A stretch of DNA of 64,000 bases from an uncultured Bacillota bacterium (GTDB lineage Bacteria; Bacillota; DTU025; MWDF01), in assembly GCA_963823655.1 (NCBI GenBank), contig CAWGMK010000010.1, forward strand, positions 64,001 through 128,000, given 5' to 3'. The position numbers were made by a program, and so were the translations under genes. Positions 34,301-45,498 of the stretch are shown piece by piece; positions within the stretch are counted from its first letter, which is position 1, and each line of letters opens with the position of its first letter. Below the pieces are notes generated by a model, which worked only from the letters and a program-made list of their open reading frames with translations, made no database searches and was not told the DNA's origin.

Positions 34301-37090
34301 CGGTGCCGATCGAGATGGCGGCCCCATTGGCGGTGCAGACGATGTTGGTGAGCGTGTAGCCGGGCTTCGCCGTCTCCGTCACGTACTTGGTCCCGAGTTC
34401 GAGACCGGTGAAGGGGAACGGGGCGTTGGCCGTCGGGTTGGTGACCGAGGTGTCGCGGTTGAACGGCGAGAGGGCCGAGCCTTCGACCGTGTAGGCGAAG
34501 GTCGCGGGGGCACCCACGGTGGTCTTCTCGATGTCCAGGGAGGCGTTCTGGGTGTTGGTGAAGACGCAGGTCGGGGTGTTCCCGGCCGCGATGACCGCCT
34601 GCACGGTCGTGTCACCGGCGTCGAAGTCGGCGTCGCCCACGAAGCCTGCGCCGGTGCCGGTGCCGATCGAGATGGCGGCCCCATTGGCGGTGCAGACGAT
34701 GTTGGTGAGCGTGTAGCCGGGCTTCGCCGTCTCCGTCACGTACTTGGTCCCGAGTTCGAGACCGGTGAAGGGGAACGGGGCGTTGGCCGTCGGGTTGGTG
34801 ACCGAGGTGTCGCGGTTGAACGGCGACGAGGGCCGAGCCTTCGACCGTGTAGGCGAAGGTCGCGGGGGCACCCACGGTGGTCTTCTCGATGTCCAGGGAG
34901 GCGTTCTGGGTGTTGCCGAAGTCGTTGTTGAGATAGGTCGGCGTCGTCGCGCTTACGGTCAGAGGACCGTAGTAGACCGTGGCAGGCGCCGTCTGGGTCC
35001 AGCCGTTCTGGTTGACTTCGTACACGTAGTAGGGGTCGTTCGCGGCGGTCGCCTTGATCGCATCCGGCGTGACCGAGAAGTAGTAGAAGCCAACGGGATC
35101 GATGGCACCGTTGCCATCCAGGTCGTCGGTCGTGCCGTTCGCGGTCTGGACACAGCCAAGGTTGCCGTTGTTCGGATTGCTGTCGCTGTCGAGACAGATC
35201 GTCCAATTGGCGAGGCCCGGCTCCCCGGCGTCCTTCGAGCCGTTCCCGTTCAGGTCGTGGAACTTCACACCGCTGATCTCGCCCTGGATGATCGCGTCCG
35301 GCGCGAGCTGGATGGATGTTGCGCCCGACCCGCCGATGTCGACGGTCGTCTGGAGCGAGCCGCCTGTCCAGGCACCAGCGCCGTTCGTCTTGCCTGCGCC
35401 CTGGTTGGGCACCTCGCCCGGCTTGGCGATGTACAGGCCGTAGTAGATCGCGGCGTAGCCGTTGCTGGTGGTCGTCCCCGTGTAGGTGAACGTGATGGTG
35501 ACGTGCCCATCCTTGGTGCCTGAGCCCGTGTATGTGACGGCGCTGACGCCGGTGATGTTCGCGTCTACCGTGAAGAACGAACCCGCATGCATCCCGCCGT
35601 TATTGGTGAACGAGCCGTCCTCCGTCGGCGTGATGGCAGGCGTGGCCCAGTCGAAGACGGTGGGCTGCCGGCTCAGGTTGTACTGCGTCATGTACGCGAA
35701 GCCACCGGCATCGGTGTTCTGCTGGTAGTAGTTGTACGTGACGTTGAACGAATAGGACTGCCCGTTCACGAGCTGCGCGTTGTTGGACGCCCCGTACATG
35801 AAGACGTGGGGGATGACCTCGCCTTCGAAGTAGTTGGACTTGTTGGCGTTGAGGATGTTGTTGTTCCAGTCGCCGGGCAGCGGCTCGTCCGACCAGTGCG
35901 CGTAGGGCTTGGAGAAGCTGCCGGCCGCAGCGGGCTCGATGATCGGCTCCAGGGCAACCTTGGCAGCAGCCGAGGAAACGAGCGGCTCCTCGACCACCGG
36001 CGCCTCTTCGACGACGGGCTCCGGCTCGACGACCGGAGCCTCCTCGACCAGCGGCGCCACCACCGGCTCGACGACCTGGGCGTCTTCGACCAGCGGCTCG
36101 ACGATGGCGTCGTTGCCCTTGCCGTTGTCTTCCTTGTCGCTGTCCTTGGGCTCCTCGGCAGGCGTCTCCTCGACGATCGGAACGTCTTCGACGACCGGCT
36201 CCTCGGCAGGCGTCGCCTCGACGACCGGGGCCTCTTCGACGACTGGCTCCTCGGCAGGCGTCTCCTCGACGACCGGGGCGTCGTTGCCCTTGCCGTTGTC
36301 CTCGCCCTTGGGCTCGTCCTGGGCCGGCTTGACGCCCTGGCCCTCGTTCGTCGCCCTTGGGCTCGTCCTGGGCCTGCTTGGGCTCGTCCTGGGCCTGCTT
36401 GTCGCTCAGGCCCGCGCTGTCGGTCTTATCGTTCCTGGGTTCGTCGGCAGCGGTCTTGTCGCCCTTGGGCTCGTCCTGCCTGGACTGCTCGTCAGCCTTG
36501 GAGCCGTCGTTCTTGGGCTCGTCCTGGGCCTGCTTCGGCTCGTCCTGGGCCTGCTGCTCCTCGGCCTGGGGCTGCGCTTCGACAGCAGCCGGTGGCTCCG
36601 GCGCGGGCGCCTCCTTGACGACGAGGCTGGCGGCATAGCGAAGATCACCCAGGGTGGCAACGATCTTGCCTTCACCCGCGGCGACCGCGCTCAGCTTGGT
36701 GCGCTTGCCGGTCTCGTCCTCTTCGATGGCCAGGCTGGCCAGCGGCGCCGCCGGCATCATTCAGGGACCACTCCGCCTGGACGGGCTGACAGCCGACGGC
36801 CGCCGGCTCCTGGTCGGCGCGCGAGCGGCAAGCGTGACGCCTGGGTCACACGTCCATGCGCTGACCTTCTGGGACTCGCCCACCGTCAGCTTCAGCGGAT
36901 CGGGATGCACGTACAGGTTGAGCGCGGGAGCCGCCGGCTGGGCAGATTCCGCCGCTGCCTGCTCGTCCTGCGCGATGACCAGCGCCGGTGTCAGCACCAG
37001 CGATGAGATCAGCAGGAAGGCCTGCAAGACGGCGGTGAGCGCCACCGGGCCGCGCAGTCGGCGCGATTCGGACCTCGACATCGATACCAC
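31317..37090 (-). CDS. Giant surface protein (about 1900 aa): acidic stalk, SdrD-B-like, prealbumin/SpaA-like and DUF11/DUF7507-like repeats, QPPTDT-TM-basic tail; frameshifts
   Basis: Signal LTPALVIA|QD; ISGVKFHDLNGNG..GEPGL; TCVFTN repeats; C-terminus GGGGQPPTDTLI..WILILMSATVILSAGWVIRRVRTSEI after correcting one frameshift. Confidence 0.88.
33155..34915 (-). repeat. 357-bp (119-aa) near-perfect intragenic tandem repeat, about 4.9 copies
   Basis: Identical ORFs recur at a 357-bp period (33308, 33665, 34022, 34379). Confidence 0.97.
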
Positions 37091-37486
37091 TCCTCTGTGT
37101 GTGGTGGCCCCCGAAACGTCCCAGGCAGTGGCCTGAGGGATGAATGCGCCCCATCGAGGTCACCCCGATCGAGCCGGGCGTCGGGATCGTGCTCGGTACG
37201 GACCGTCCGCCGTACGAAAGTCTCAGCCCTGAACGGGCGGATGGCAAGGACCGATAGTACCTCTGGGGGCACATGCGGTGCTCCCCGGCACCAAGAGTTG
37301 TGTGACCAATGGCCCTTGACGGCCCCAGACCCCCTCACGTCGGACCTCGACCGCACACCCTCGCATCCAACCTCGCCGTGAAGTGCACGCAGTCCACCAG
37401 AGCGCAGTACCGCTGGAACGGGTACCCCCGGGCTACCACCGGTGCACGAGCCATTCGGCCCCCAGGGCGTAGCATCGGGCGCTCGA

Positions 37487-38593
37487 ATGCGCGCCCTCTC
37501 TGCGGCCGTCGCCGCGCTTCTGCTGACCACGCTGGCGGCCAGCCTCCCCACGCAAGCCACGGCGACCGACTACCCCGCGCGCGATGCCGGCTACCACTCG
37601 TACCCGGAGATGGTCGAGCACATCCGGCAGGTGGCGGCCGCGCACCCGGACATCGTGCGGCTCTTCTCCATCGGCCAGAGCTTCGAGGGCCGCGAGCTCT
37701 GGGCGGCCGAGGTGTCCGACCAGCCGGGCACCGACGAGGGCGAGCCGGAGGTCCTCTTCGACGGCCTGCACCACGCGCGCGAGCATCTCAGCGCGGAGAT
37801 GACCATCGCCATCCTGGACCTGCTGGTCGGCCAGCTACGGCCAGGACACGCAGCTGGGCCGGCGGGTCACCCGGCTGGTGGACGAGCGGCGCACCTGGAT
37901 CGTCTTCATGGTCAACCCCGACGGCCTGGCCTACGACCTGGGCGGCTCCCCTATCGCTCCTGGCGCAAGAACCGCCAGCCGACGCCTGGGTCAGCTGGCG
38001 CCGACGGCGGACATCGGCACCGACCTCAATCGCAACTACGGCTACCGGTTCGGCTGCTGCGGCGCCTCGTCCGGCGACCCCGCCAGCCCCTACTACCGCG
38101 GCCCGCGGGCCTGGTCGGCGCCGGAGACGCGGGCCATGCGCGACTTCGTGCTGAGCCGCGTCGTGGACGGGCGGCAGCGCATCCGGACGCACATCACGTT
38201 CCACACCGCGGGCGAGATGGTGCTCTGGCCCTACAGCTACACGCGCGCGGACCGGCCGCCCGACATGCGCGCCATCGACCTGCGCGCCTTCCGGGCCATG
38301 GGCCGGGCCATGGCGGCCACCAACGGCTACACGCGCCATGCAGTCGAGCGCCATGTACCCCACCGACGGCGACCAGATCGACTGGATGTACGGCGCGCCA
38401 GGGCATCTTCTCGTTCACCTTCGAGCTGTACCCCAAGGGCGGCGGCACGCCGCGGCACCACTACCCGCCCGACGAGATCATCGGCCGGGAGACCCGGCGC
38501 AACCGCGAGGCCGTGCTGTACCTCATGGAGCAGGCGGCCTGTCCGTACGCGGTGCTCGGGGCGCGCGCTGCGGAACGCCACTGTACGCCCTGA
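37487..38593 (+). CDS. Secreted M14 zinc carboxypeptidase (carboxypeptidase T-like); frameshifts
   Basis: YHSYPEM..SIGQSFEGRE..DGLHHAREH..NPDG..WRKNR..DLNRNY..FHTAG..FTFELYP. Confidence 0.92.
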   Translation: MRALSAAVAALLLTTLAASLPTQATATDYPARDAGYHSYPEMVEHIRQVAAAHPDIVRLFSIGQSFEGRELWAAEVSDQPGTDEGEPEVLFDGLHHAREHLSAEMTIAILDLLVGQLRPGHAAGPAGHPAGGRAAHLDRLHGQPRRPGLRPGRLPYRSWRKNRQPTPGSAGADGGHRHRPQSQLRLPVRLLRRLVRRPRQPLLPRPAGLVGAGDAGHARLRAEPRRGRAAAHPDAHHVPHRGRDGALALQLHARGPAARHARHRPARLPGHGPGHGGHQRLHAPCSRAPCTPPTATRSTGCTARQGIFSFTFELYPKGGGTPRHHYPPDEIIGRETRRNREAVLYLMEQAACPYAVLGARAAERHCTP

Positions 38594-39019
38594 GGCGCGG
38601 TCCGAAGCCGGCGCGGTCGGGTCGCTCGCATCGCCGGAGTCGTCTCCCGACCAGTGACGCGGCCCGTGTCGCCGCCCTGGCCGGTGACGCGGCCAGTCGT
38701 CGCCGCCAGGGTCGCCGCCAGGTCGCCGCCAGTCGCCGAACCCTGCACCACAGGACAGTATCGACCGAGGCGTCCCGGCCAGAGCCCATGAGACCGCGGT
38801 CCCTTGGCCGCATGTGACATCCCACGTCACGCATGGCCAAAGGAACGCACCGAATCCGCCTCGCGTCGGCTCCCTGGCCCGCGCCGCCGGTCGATAGTGA
38901 CCTCCAGGTCAAGCGCGGCCGCGAGCCGCCCCTGGCCCGCGCGGCCGGTCGATGGTCGACCTGCGCAGCGTCGAGCGCGGCCGCGACGCCGCCTCAGGCC
39001 CGCGCCGCCGCCTCTGGCT

Positions 39020-39310
39020 CGCGATGGTCGCGTTGCGATCGACGACCAGCCAGGCCTTGATGCGCAGGATCTCGGCGGGCGTCGGCACGCGCAGCGGCCC
39101 TGACGCCGTGCTGATCTCACGGGTCTCAAGGGGTGCCGACCGGCGCTGGTTGCGAACCGTCGTCATGATCCCGTCCAGGCGACCCATGATGACGACCGGG
39201 CTGTCGGCGGTCGGTCCGCCAGCCAGCGACAGCCTCCAGCGTGCGAGCACCTCGTCGAATCGGCCTGGGCACGACCATCACGTGGACTGCGTCCAGGGTC
39301 GTCGTGCACC
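39020..39310 (-). pseudogene. Fragment of a nucleotidyltransferase-like (AbiEii-like) hypothetical gene
   Basis: VIMGRLDGIMTTVRNQRRSAPLET..LRVPTPAEILRIKAWLVVDRNAT, then breaks off. Confidence 0.5.
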
Positions 39311-39467
39311 CTCCGCGAGGCGCCGGACGGGCTGCGTGCCGGGACCTTCCGGGGGCACCGGCGACCCGCTACGATGGCGCCGTGCCCGACCCATCGTGTG
39401 CTGCTGGGGGGCGAAGACCTGAGCGGGTGAGGCGCCGTTGCGCCAGCCCGACACAGAGGAGGAGTGC

Positions 39468-40593
39468 ATGCGCAGGTTCACCACCGCATCCCTCGCGCTG
39501 ACCATCGCGGCGACCGGCATCCTGGCCGGCGCGCTCGCGGTGGCGGCGCAGGACGGATCCGACCTCAAGATCGGCCTCGTGACGGACGTCGGCACGATCG
39601 ACGACCGCAACTTCAACCAGTACTCGTGGGAAGGCGCCGTCGCTGGCGCGGAGGCCGTCGGGGCTGCCGGAGCCGCAGTACGCCATCAGCGCGCAGTCGG
39701 CTGACATCGGCCCGAACATCCAGGCCTTCGTGGACCAGGGCTACGACGTCATCGTGACGGTCGGCTTCGCGGCCGGCGCGGACACCATCAACGCCGCCCT
39801 GGCCAACCCGGACATCAGGTTCATCGGCGTGGACCAGGCCCCCTGCATCAACGAGGACGGCACACCCGGACGACAGCTTCACCTGCGCCGGCGACCCGGC
39901 CGCGCTCCTGCCGAACCTCCAGGGCATCAACTGGCGCGAGCAGCAGCCCGGCTACCTGGCCGGCATCGTGGCCGCCTCCGTCAGCGAGACGCGGCCACAT
40001 CGCCGCCGTCGGCGGCACGGCCGTCATCCCGGCCGTCGTCAACTACATCGAGGGCTACGCCAACGGCGCCAAGTCCATCAACCCTGATGCCGTCGTGACG
40101 GTGGTCTACGTGTCCGGCGCGCCCGGACACGGCGGCCTTCAATGACCCGGCCGGCGGCCAGTCCACCGCCCAGCAGCTGCTGGCCCAGGACCCGACATCG
40201 ACGTCATGTTCCAGGTCGCCGGCAAGACCGGCAACGGCGTCCTCCAGGCCGCCTGCGACGCGGGCATCTACGGCATCGGCGTGGACGTCGACCAGTTCCT
40301 CTCCACCCCGGAGACGGCCGCCTGCACGATCGTCAGCGCCGAGAAGAAGCTGACCAAGAACGTCGCCGACGCCATCGAGCGCATCGCGGCCGGCACGGAC
40401 CAGGGCGGCATCCTGCGCCTGGGCATCGACACCCAGGACGTGGGCCTCTCGCCCTTCCATGACTTCGAGAGCCTCATCACCCCTGAGACCGCTGACACGC
40501 TTGACGCTGCCGAAGCGGCGCTGGCCGACGGCTCGCTCAAGGCCTGCGAGGAGCAAGAGGGCAGCGGCGTTCTGCGTGCAGACGCTGCCGTAG
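39468..40593 (+). CDS. BMP-family ABC substrate-binding protein (nucleoside-type); frameshifts
   Basis: KIGLVTDVGTIDDRNFNQYSWEG..GYDVIVTVGF..FIGVDQ..GYLAG..FQVAGKTGNG..IGVDVDQ. Confidence 0.93.
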
Positions 40594-40626
40594 ACGACGC
40601 CCTTCCAGGAGTCACCTGAGTCCTTG

Positions 40627-40661
40627 TCGAACGGGCCGACCCCCAGGGCCGGCCCGTTCGA
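40627..40661 (+). terminator. Intercistronic hairpin after the BMP gene
   Basis: TCGAACGGGCCG..CGGCCCGTTCGA stem. Confidence 0.65.
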
Positions 40662-40697
40662 GTACCCGAGGCAGGAGAGCATGGGAAGCCCCGCGAC

Positions 40698-42300
40698 GTG
40701 ACCGCGCTGGACACCACCCTGACGCCCGAGCGCATCAGCGCGCCGGCGCTCGAGATGCGCGGCATCACCAAGCGCTACCCGGGCGTCGTCGCCAACGACG
40801 GCATCGACCTCGACGTGCGGCCCGGCGAGATCCACGCCCTGCTCGGCGAGAACGGCGCCGGCAAGACGACGCTCATGAACGTCCTCTACGGCCTGGCCAC
40901 GCCGGACGCGGGCGAGATCCTGCTCGACGGGCAGGCCGTCGAGATCGCCGGCCCATCGGACGCCATCGACCGCGGCATCAGCATGGTCCACCAGCACTTC
41001 ATGCTCGTGCCCGGTCCTGACCGTGGCCGACAACATCCTGCTCGGCGAGGAGGCCATGCGCGGACCGCGTCTTCCTCGACCAGCAGCGAGGCGCGCCGGC
41101 GCATCCGCGAGCTGGGCGAGCGCTTCGGCTTCGAGATCGACCCCGACGCAGAAGGTCGGCGAGCTGTCGGTCGGCTGGCAGCAGCGGGTGGAGATCCTCA
41201 AGGCGCTCTACCGCGATGCGCGCATCCTGGTCCTCGACGAGCCGACGGCCGTCCTGACGCCGCAGGAGACCGACGAGATCTTCGGCGTCCTGCGGCGGCT
41301 GGCCGCCGAGGGCCACAGCATCATCTTCATCAGCCACAAGCTCTACGAGGTGCTGGAGATCGCCGACCGCATCACGGTCATCCGGCGCGGCAAGGTGGTC
41401 GGCAGTCGCATCCCGAGCCGAGACGAACGAGGACGACCTGGCCGAGCTGATGGTCGGCCGCGAGGTCCAGCTGACCGTCGACCGCGGCGCAGAGCCATCC
41501 GGGCGAGGTCATGCTCGCAGGTCGGCGGACCTGCGCGTGCCGCGACGACCGCGGCCGCGAGGTCGTCGATGGCGTCAGCTTCGAGGTGCGCGCGGGCGAG
41601 ATCCTGGGCATCGCCGGCGTCGCCGGCAACGGCCAGGACGAGCTGGTCGAGGCCATCACGGGCCTGCGCCAGCCGCACCGGCGGCACGGTCACGCTCGGC
41701 GGCGAGGACGTCACGCAGGCGATGGCCCGCGGGCCCTGCACGGGCAGGACGTCGCCTTCGTGCCCGGCCGACCGCCAGCGCTTCGGCCTGGTGCTCTCCT
41801 TCCCCATCGCCGACAACCTCGTCCTGACCGACTACTACGCGGCGCCCTACTCGCACGGGCATCGTCCGCGACGAGGCGGCCATCCTGGAACGCGCCGAGC
41901 GAGGCGATCGCGGAGTACGACGTCCGGACGCCGTCGTGCGACCGTCAACGCCGGGACGCTCTCCGGCGGCAACCAGCAGAAGGTCATCGTGGCCCGCGAG
42001 TTCGACCGCGACCTGCAAGCTGCTCGTGCTCGACCAGCCGACGCGCGGCCTGGACGTGGGCAGCATCGAGTTCATCCACCAGCAGGTCATCGCCAAGCGC
42101 GATGCGGGCACGGCCGTCCTGCTCGTCTCCGCGGAGCTGGACGAGGTCCTGGAGCTCTCCGACCGCATCGCGGTCATGTACCGCGGCGGATCGTGGCGGT
42201 CGTGGACGGTCGCACCGCCAACAAGGAGGAGGTCGGCCTGCTGATGGCGACCGGGGGCCGGAGCGAGGCGCCAGACGAGACCGGAGCCACAGGCCGATGA
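40698..42300 (+). CDS. ABC transporter ATP-binding protein (NupA/YufO-like, two NBDs); frameshifts
   Basis: [57 protein letters not shown]. Confidence 0.95.
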
Positions 42301-43473
42301 GCCCCGACGAGAAGCCCATGAGCACCATCGATCGGCTCCTGAGCCGATCGCTGCGGGGCCAGCTGGCCGTGACGGGCGGCGCCATCGTCCTGGCCCTCGT
42401 CGTCGGCGCGGTGCTCATGATCCTGACCAGCCCCATCATCACTGGCAGCCTCGACCCATGGCTCTGGGCAGAGGCCTACCTGGCGCTGGTCGCAGGGCGC
42501 ACTGCTGAGCTCGAGCGGCCTGATCGACACGCTCGTCCGCGCCACGCCGCTCATCCTGGCGGGCCTCTCCGTGGGCCTCGGCTTCAAGGCCGGCCTGTTC
42601 AACATCGGCGCCCAGGGCCAGTTCCTCATGGGCGCCCTGGGCAGCGTCGCGGCTGGCATCGCCCTCGCGCGACGCGCCGTCCATCGTCGCCATCCCGCTC
42701 GCCCTCCTGGCCGGCGTGGCGGCGGGCGCGGCCTATGGCTTCATCCCGGGCTGCCTCAAGGCGTTCACCGGCGCCCACGAGGTGGTCATCACCATCATGC
42801 TCAACTACATCGCCCTCCAGATCGTCTCGTGGGCGGTCAGCGAGCCGCTCCGGGCCCGCGGCGCCACGTTCGCGCGGACGACGACGTCGGCGAGGCCGGC
42901 ATCCCGGTCCTGATCGGCACACGGGCACAGCTGCATCTGGCGTGCTCATCGCGCTGGCCGCCGTGCCCATCGTCTGGTGGCTCCTGTACCGCACCACGCT
43001 CGGCTTCGAGATCCGCACCGTGGGCGCCAACCCGGATGCGGCGCGCTACGCCGGCATGCGCCCGCGCCTGATCATCGTGCTCACGATGACGCTGCGCGGC
43101 CTGCTGGCCGGCCTGGCCGGCGCCATCGAGATCCTGGGCGTGCACGGACTACATGCCGGCCGCCTACGCCACCACGGTCGGCTTCGACGCCATCGCCGTG
43201 GCGCTGCTGGGCCGCGCCAACCCGTGGGGCATCCTGCTCGGCGGCCTGCTCTTCGGCGCCCTGCGCGCCGGCGCCCCGCTCATGCAGATCCAGGCCGGCG
43301 TCCCCGTCGAGATGATCGACATCCTGCAGGGCGTCATCCTGTTCTTCCTGGCCGCCGACCTCATCGTGCGCTGGGTCTTCCGGCTGCGCGAGACGCGGGG
43401 CGGCAGTGTCGACGAGCTGCAGACCGTGACCAGCAGCTACGGCGGTCGACCGCCACGCGGGGCTAGGCGCTAG
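42297..43473 (+). CDS. Nucleoside ABC transporter permease 1; frameshifts
   Basis: [50 protein letters not shown]. Confidence 0.93.
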
Positions 43474-43474
43474 C

Positions 43475-44552
43475 GTGGACGTCCTCTTCGACATCCCGGT
43501 CGTCGGGCTCTTCTTCCAGCTCGTCGACTACCTCATCGTCGTCCTGCCATCGACTGGCGCCGATCATCCTGGCCGCTCGCGGCGCCCATCGCCCTGGGCG
43601 CCTGTGCGGCCTCATGAACGAGCGCTCCGGCGTCGTCAACATCGGCATCGAGGGCATGATGCTCACGGCCGCCTTCGTCGGCTGGTTCGCGGCCTCGCTG
43701 GTCGTGCAGGTCTTCCCTGACCAGCCCAAGGCCGACTTCGCCTTCGGCGCCACGCCGGCGCTGCTCGTCGGGCTCGCTGGCCGCCCTGCTGACCGGGATG
43801 GCCGTCTCCGCGATCCACGCCTGGCTGTCCATCACCGTCCGGGCCGACCAGATCATCAGCGGCACGATCATCAACATCGTGGCCTTCGGCATCACCGGCT
43901 ACCTGAATCATCATCATCAGCGCGCTCGTCCCCGCCATCGGCCGGCAAGTTCGCACCGTTCGTGCCGCCCGCGTGGCTCACCGACCTGCCCTTCGTCGGC
44001 TGGCTCTTCGACATGTTCCTCAGCCAGGGGCCGATCGCGATGTCTGTCCTGCTGCTCGCCGTCGTGCTGCAGGTGCTGCTCTTCCGGTCGCGCTGGGGCC
44101 TGCGCACCCGGGCCGTGGGCGAGCACCCGAAGGCCGCCGAGACGGTCGGCATCGACGTCATCCGGCTGCGCTACCGCAACGTCATCCTGGGCGGCGTCTT
44201 CGCGGGCCTGGCGGGCGCCTGGTTCACCCTGGAGCTTCGGCACCAACGTTCCAGACCGGCATGACCGGCGGGCGCGGCTTCATCGCCCTGGCGGCGCTCA
44301 TCTTCGGCCGCTGGACGCCGCTGGGCTCGTTCGGCGCAGCGCTCCTGTTCGCGGCCGCCGGATCGCTCGAGCATCGCCATCCGCACCGTGCCGCCGACCG
44401 GCCAGCTGGGCGAGATCCTGACCGCGATCCCGGACCAGTTCTGGTCCGCCCTGCCCTACCTCGTGACCATCATCGTCCTGGCCGGGGTCGTGGGCCGCAG
44501 CGTGGCTCCGGCAGCGGTGGGCAAACCCTACGAGCGAGAGAGTGCCTCGTAG
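43475..44552 (+). CDS. Nucleoside ABC transporter permease 2; frameshifts
   Basis: [51 protein letters not shown]. Confidence 0.93.
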
Positions 44553-44589
44553 CCCGGACGAGCCGGAGCAGGCCGGGGCAGGGCCGGTC

Positions 44590-44886
44590 GTGACGCCGGT
44601 CCCCGTCCTTGACGCGGAGGGTGCGCGAGCGGTCCTGCGGGCGGCGCGGCGGATCGCGGTCGTGGGCGCCTCGCCCTACCCGTGGCGCGCTTCCAACGTC
44701 GTCATGGCGTACCTGCTCGAGCAGGACTACGAGTGCGTGCCCGTCAACCCAGAGGCTGCCAGCGTCCTGGGCCAACCCTGCTTCCCGACGCTGGAGGCGG
44801 CGGTCGCGGCCGGCGACGGTCGCCCCTTCGACATCGTGGACGTCTTTCGCCGGGCCGAGCACGCACCGGATATCGCTCGCTCGGCG
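44590..44886 (+). pseudogene. CoA-binding (YccU-like) protein, 3'-truncated
   Basis: RIAVVGAS..RASNVVMAYL..PVNP..DIVDVFRR..PDIARSA, then the sequence switches to the opposite-strand gene. Confidence 0.8.
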
Positions 44887-45498
44887 GGCGTTGACGATGG
44901 CGGCGCCGGCCACGGTGGAGGTGGGTGCGACGCGCGTCGCGAAGCCATCCACCTCGACGGCGGCATCGCCCACGGCGCCGCCGTTGTCGATGGCCACGTC
45001 CACGAGCTCGTGGAGCCCGGCGGCCCCGGGTCCCGCGCCGAGCCGGACGACGCGTGGCGCAGGCTGGTGATGGCGATGGTCCGCACCCCGGCCTCGCTCG
45101 CCGCGCGCGCCATCTCGCGGCTGACCGCGTTGCTGCCCGAGTTGGACGCGATGAGCAGCACATCACCGGGCGCCATGGCGTGGTCCGCGGCCAGCGCAGC
45201 GGCGAGCCCGGGCAGCCGCTCCAGGGCCGTGCTGAGCGCCGTGCTCCCGTGAAGCGTCAGGCCCTCGAACAGGATGGCCGGACCCGGACCAGGCCGCCGG
45301 CGCGGTGGAACAGCTCCTCCCGCGATGATGGCGAGTGCCCGAACCGAAGCTGTGGATGGTCCCGCCGGCGGCGAGCGCATCGGCCATCAGCGAAGCCGCC
45401 GCGTCAATTCGCGGCCACTCCTCGGTGCCGAGGCGGGCGACGAGCTCCTCCGCGATCCGGAGGTAGCGCTGGCCGGCGGACGCACGCTCGCTCGTCAT
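44887..45498 (-). pseudogene. SIS (sugar isomerase) domain protein, 3'-truncated and frameshifted
   Basis: IHSFGSG..GDVLLIASNSGSN..IAITS..AIDNG..GDA..PTSTVAGAAIVNA, truncated. Confidence 0.8.

Noticed and set aside
33155-34915. Tandem array as CRISPR or a non-coding repeat
   Set aside because: The 357-bp unit is in-frame coding, with no spacers and no cas genes
35980-36560. PVVEE and QAQDEPK repeats
   Set aside because: Ordinary acidic low-complexity linker of surface protein 2
69-45498. Many long Arg/Pro/Ala-rich ORFs, including antisense ORFs such as 753-1970, 3666-5321, 14049-16508 and 22655-23941
   Set aside because: Shadow frames of real genes in very GC-rich DNA; no family motifs
45274-45498. 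N-terminal extension of ORF 45274-47328
   Set aside because: It is read-through of the antisense SIS gene across the junction, not a real N-terminus
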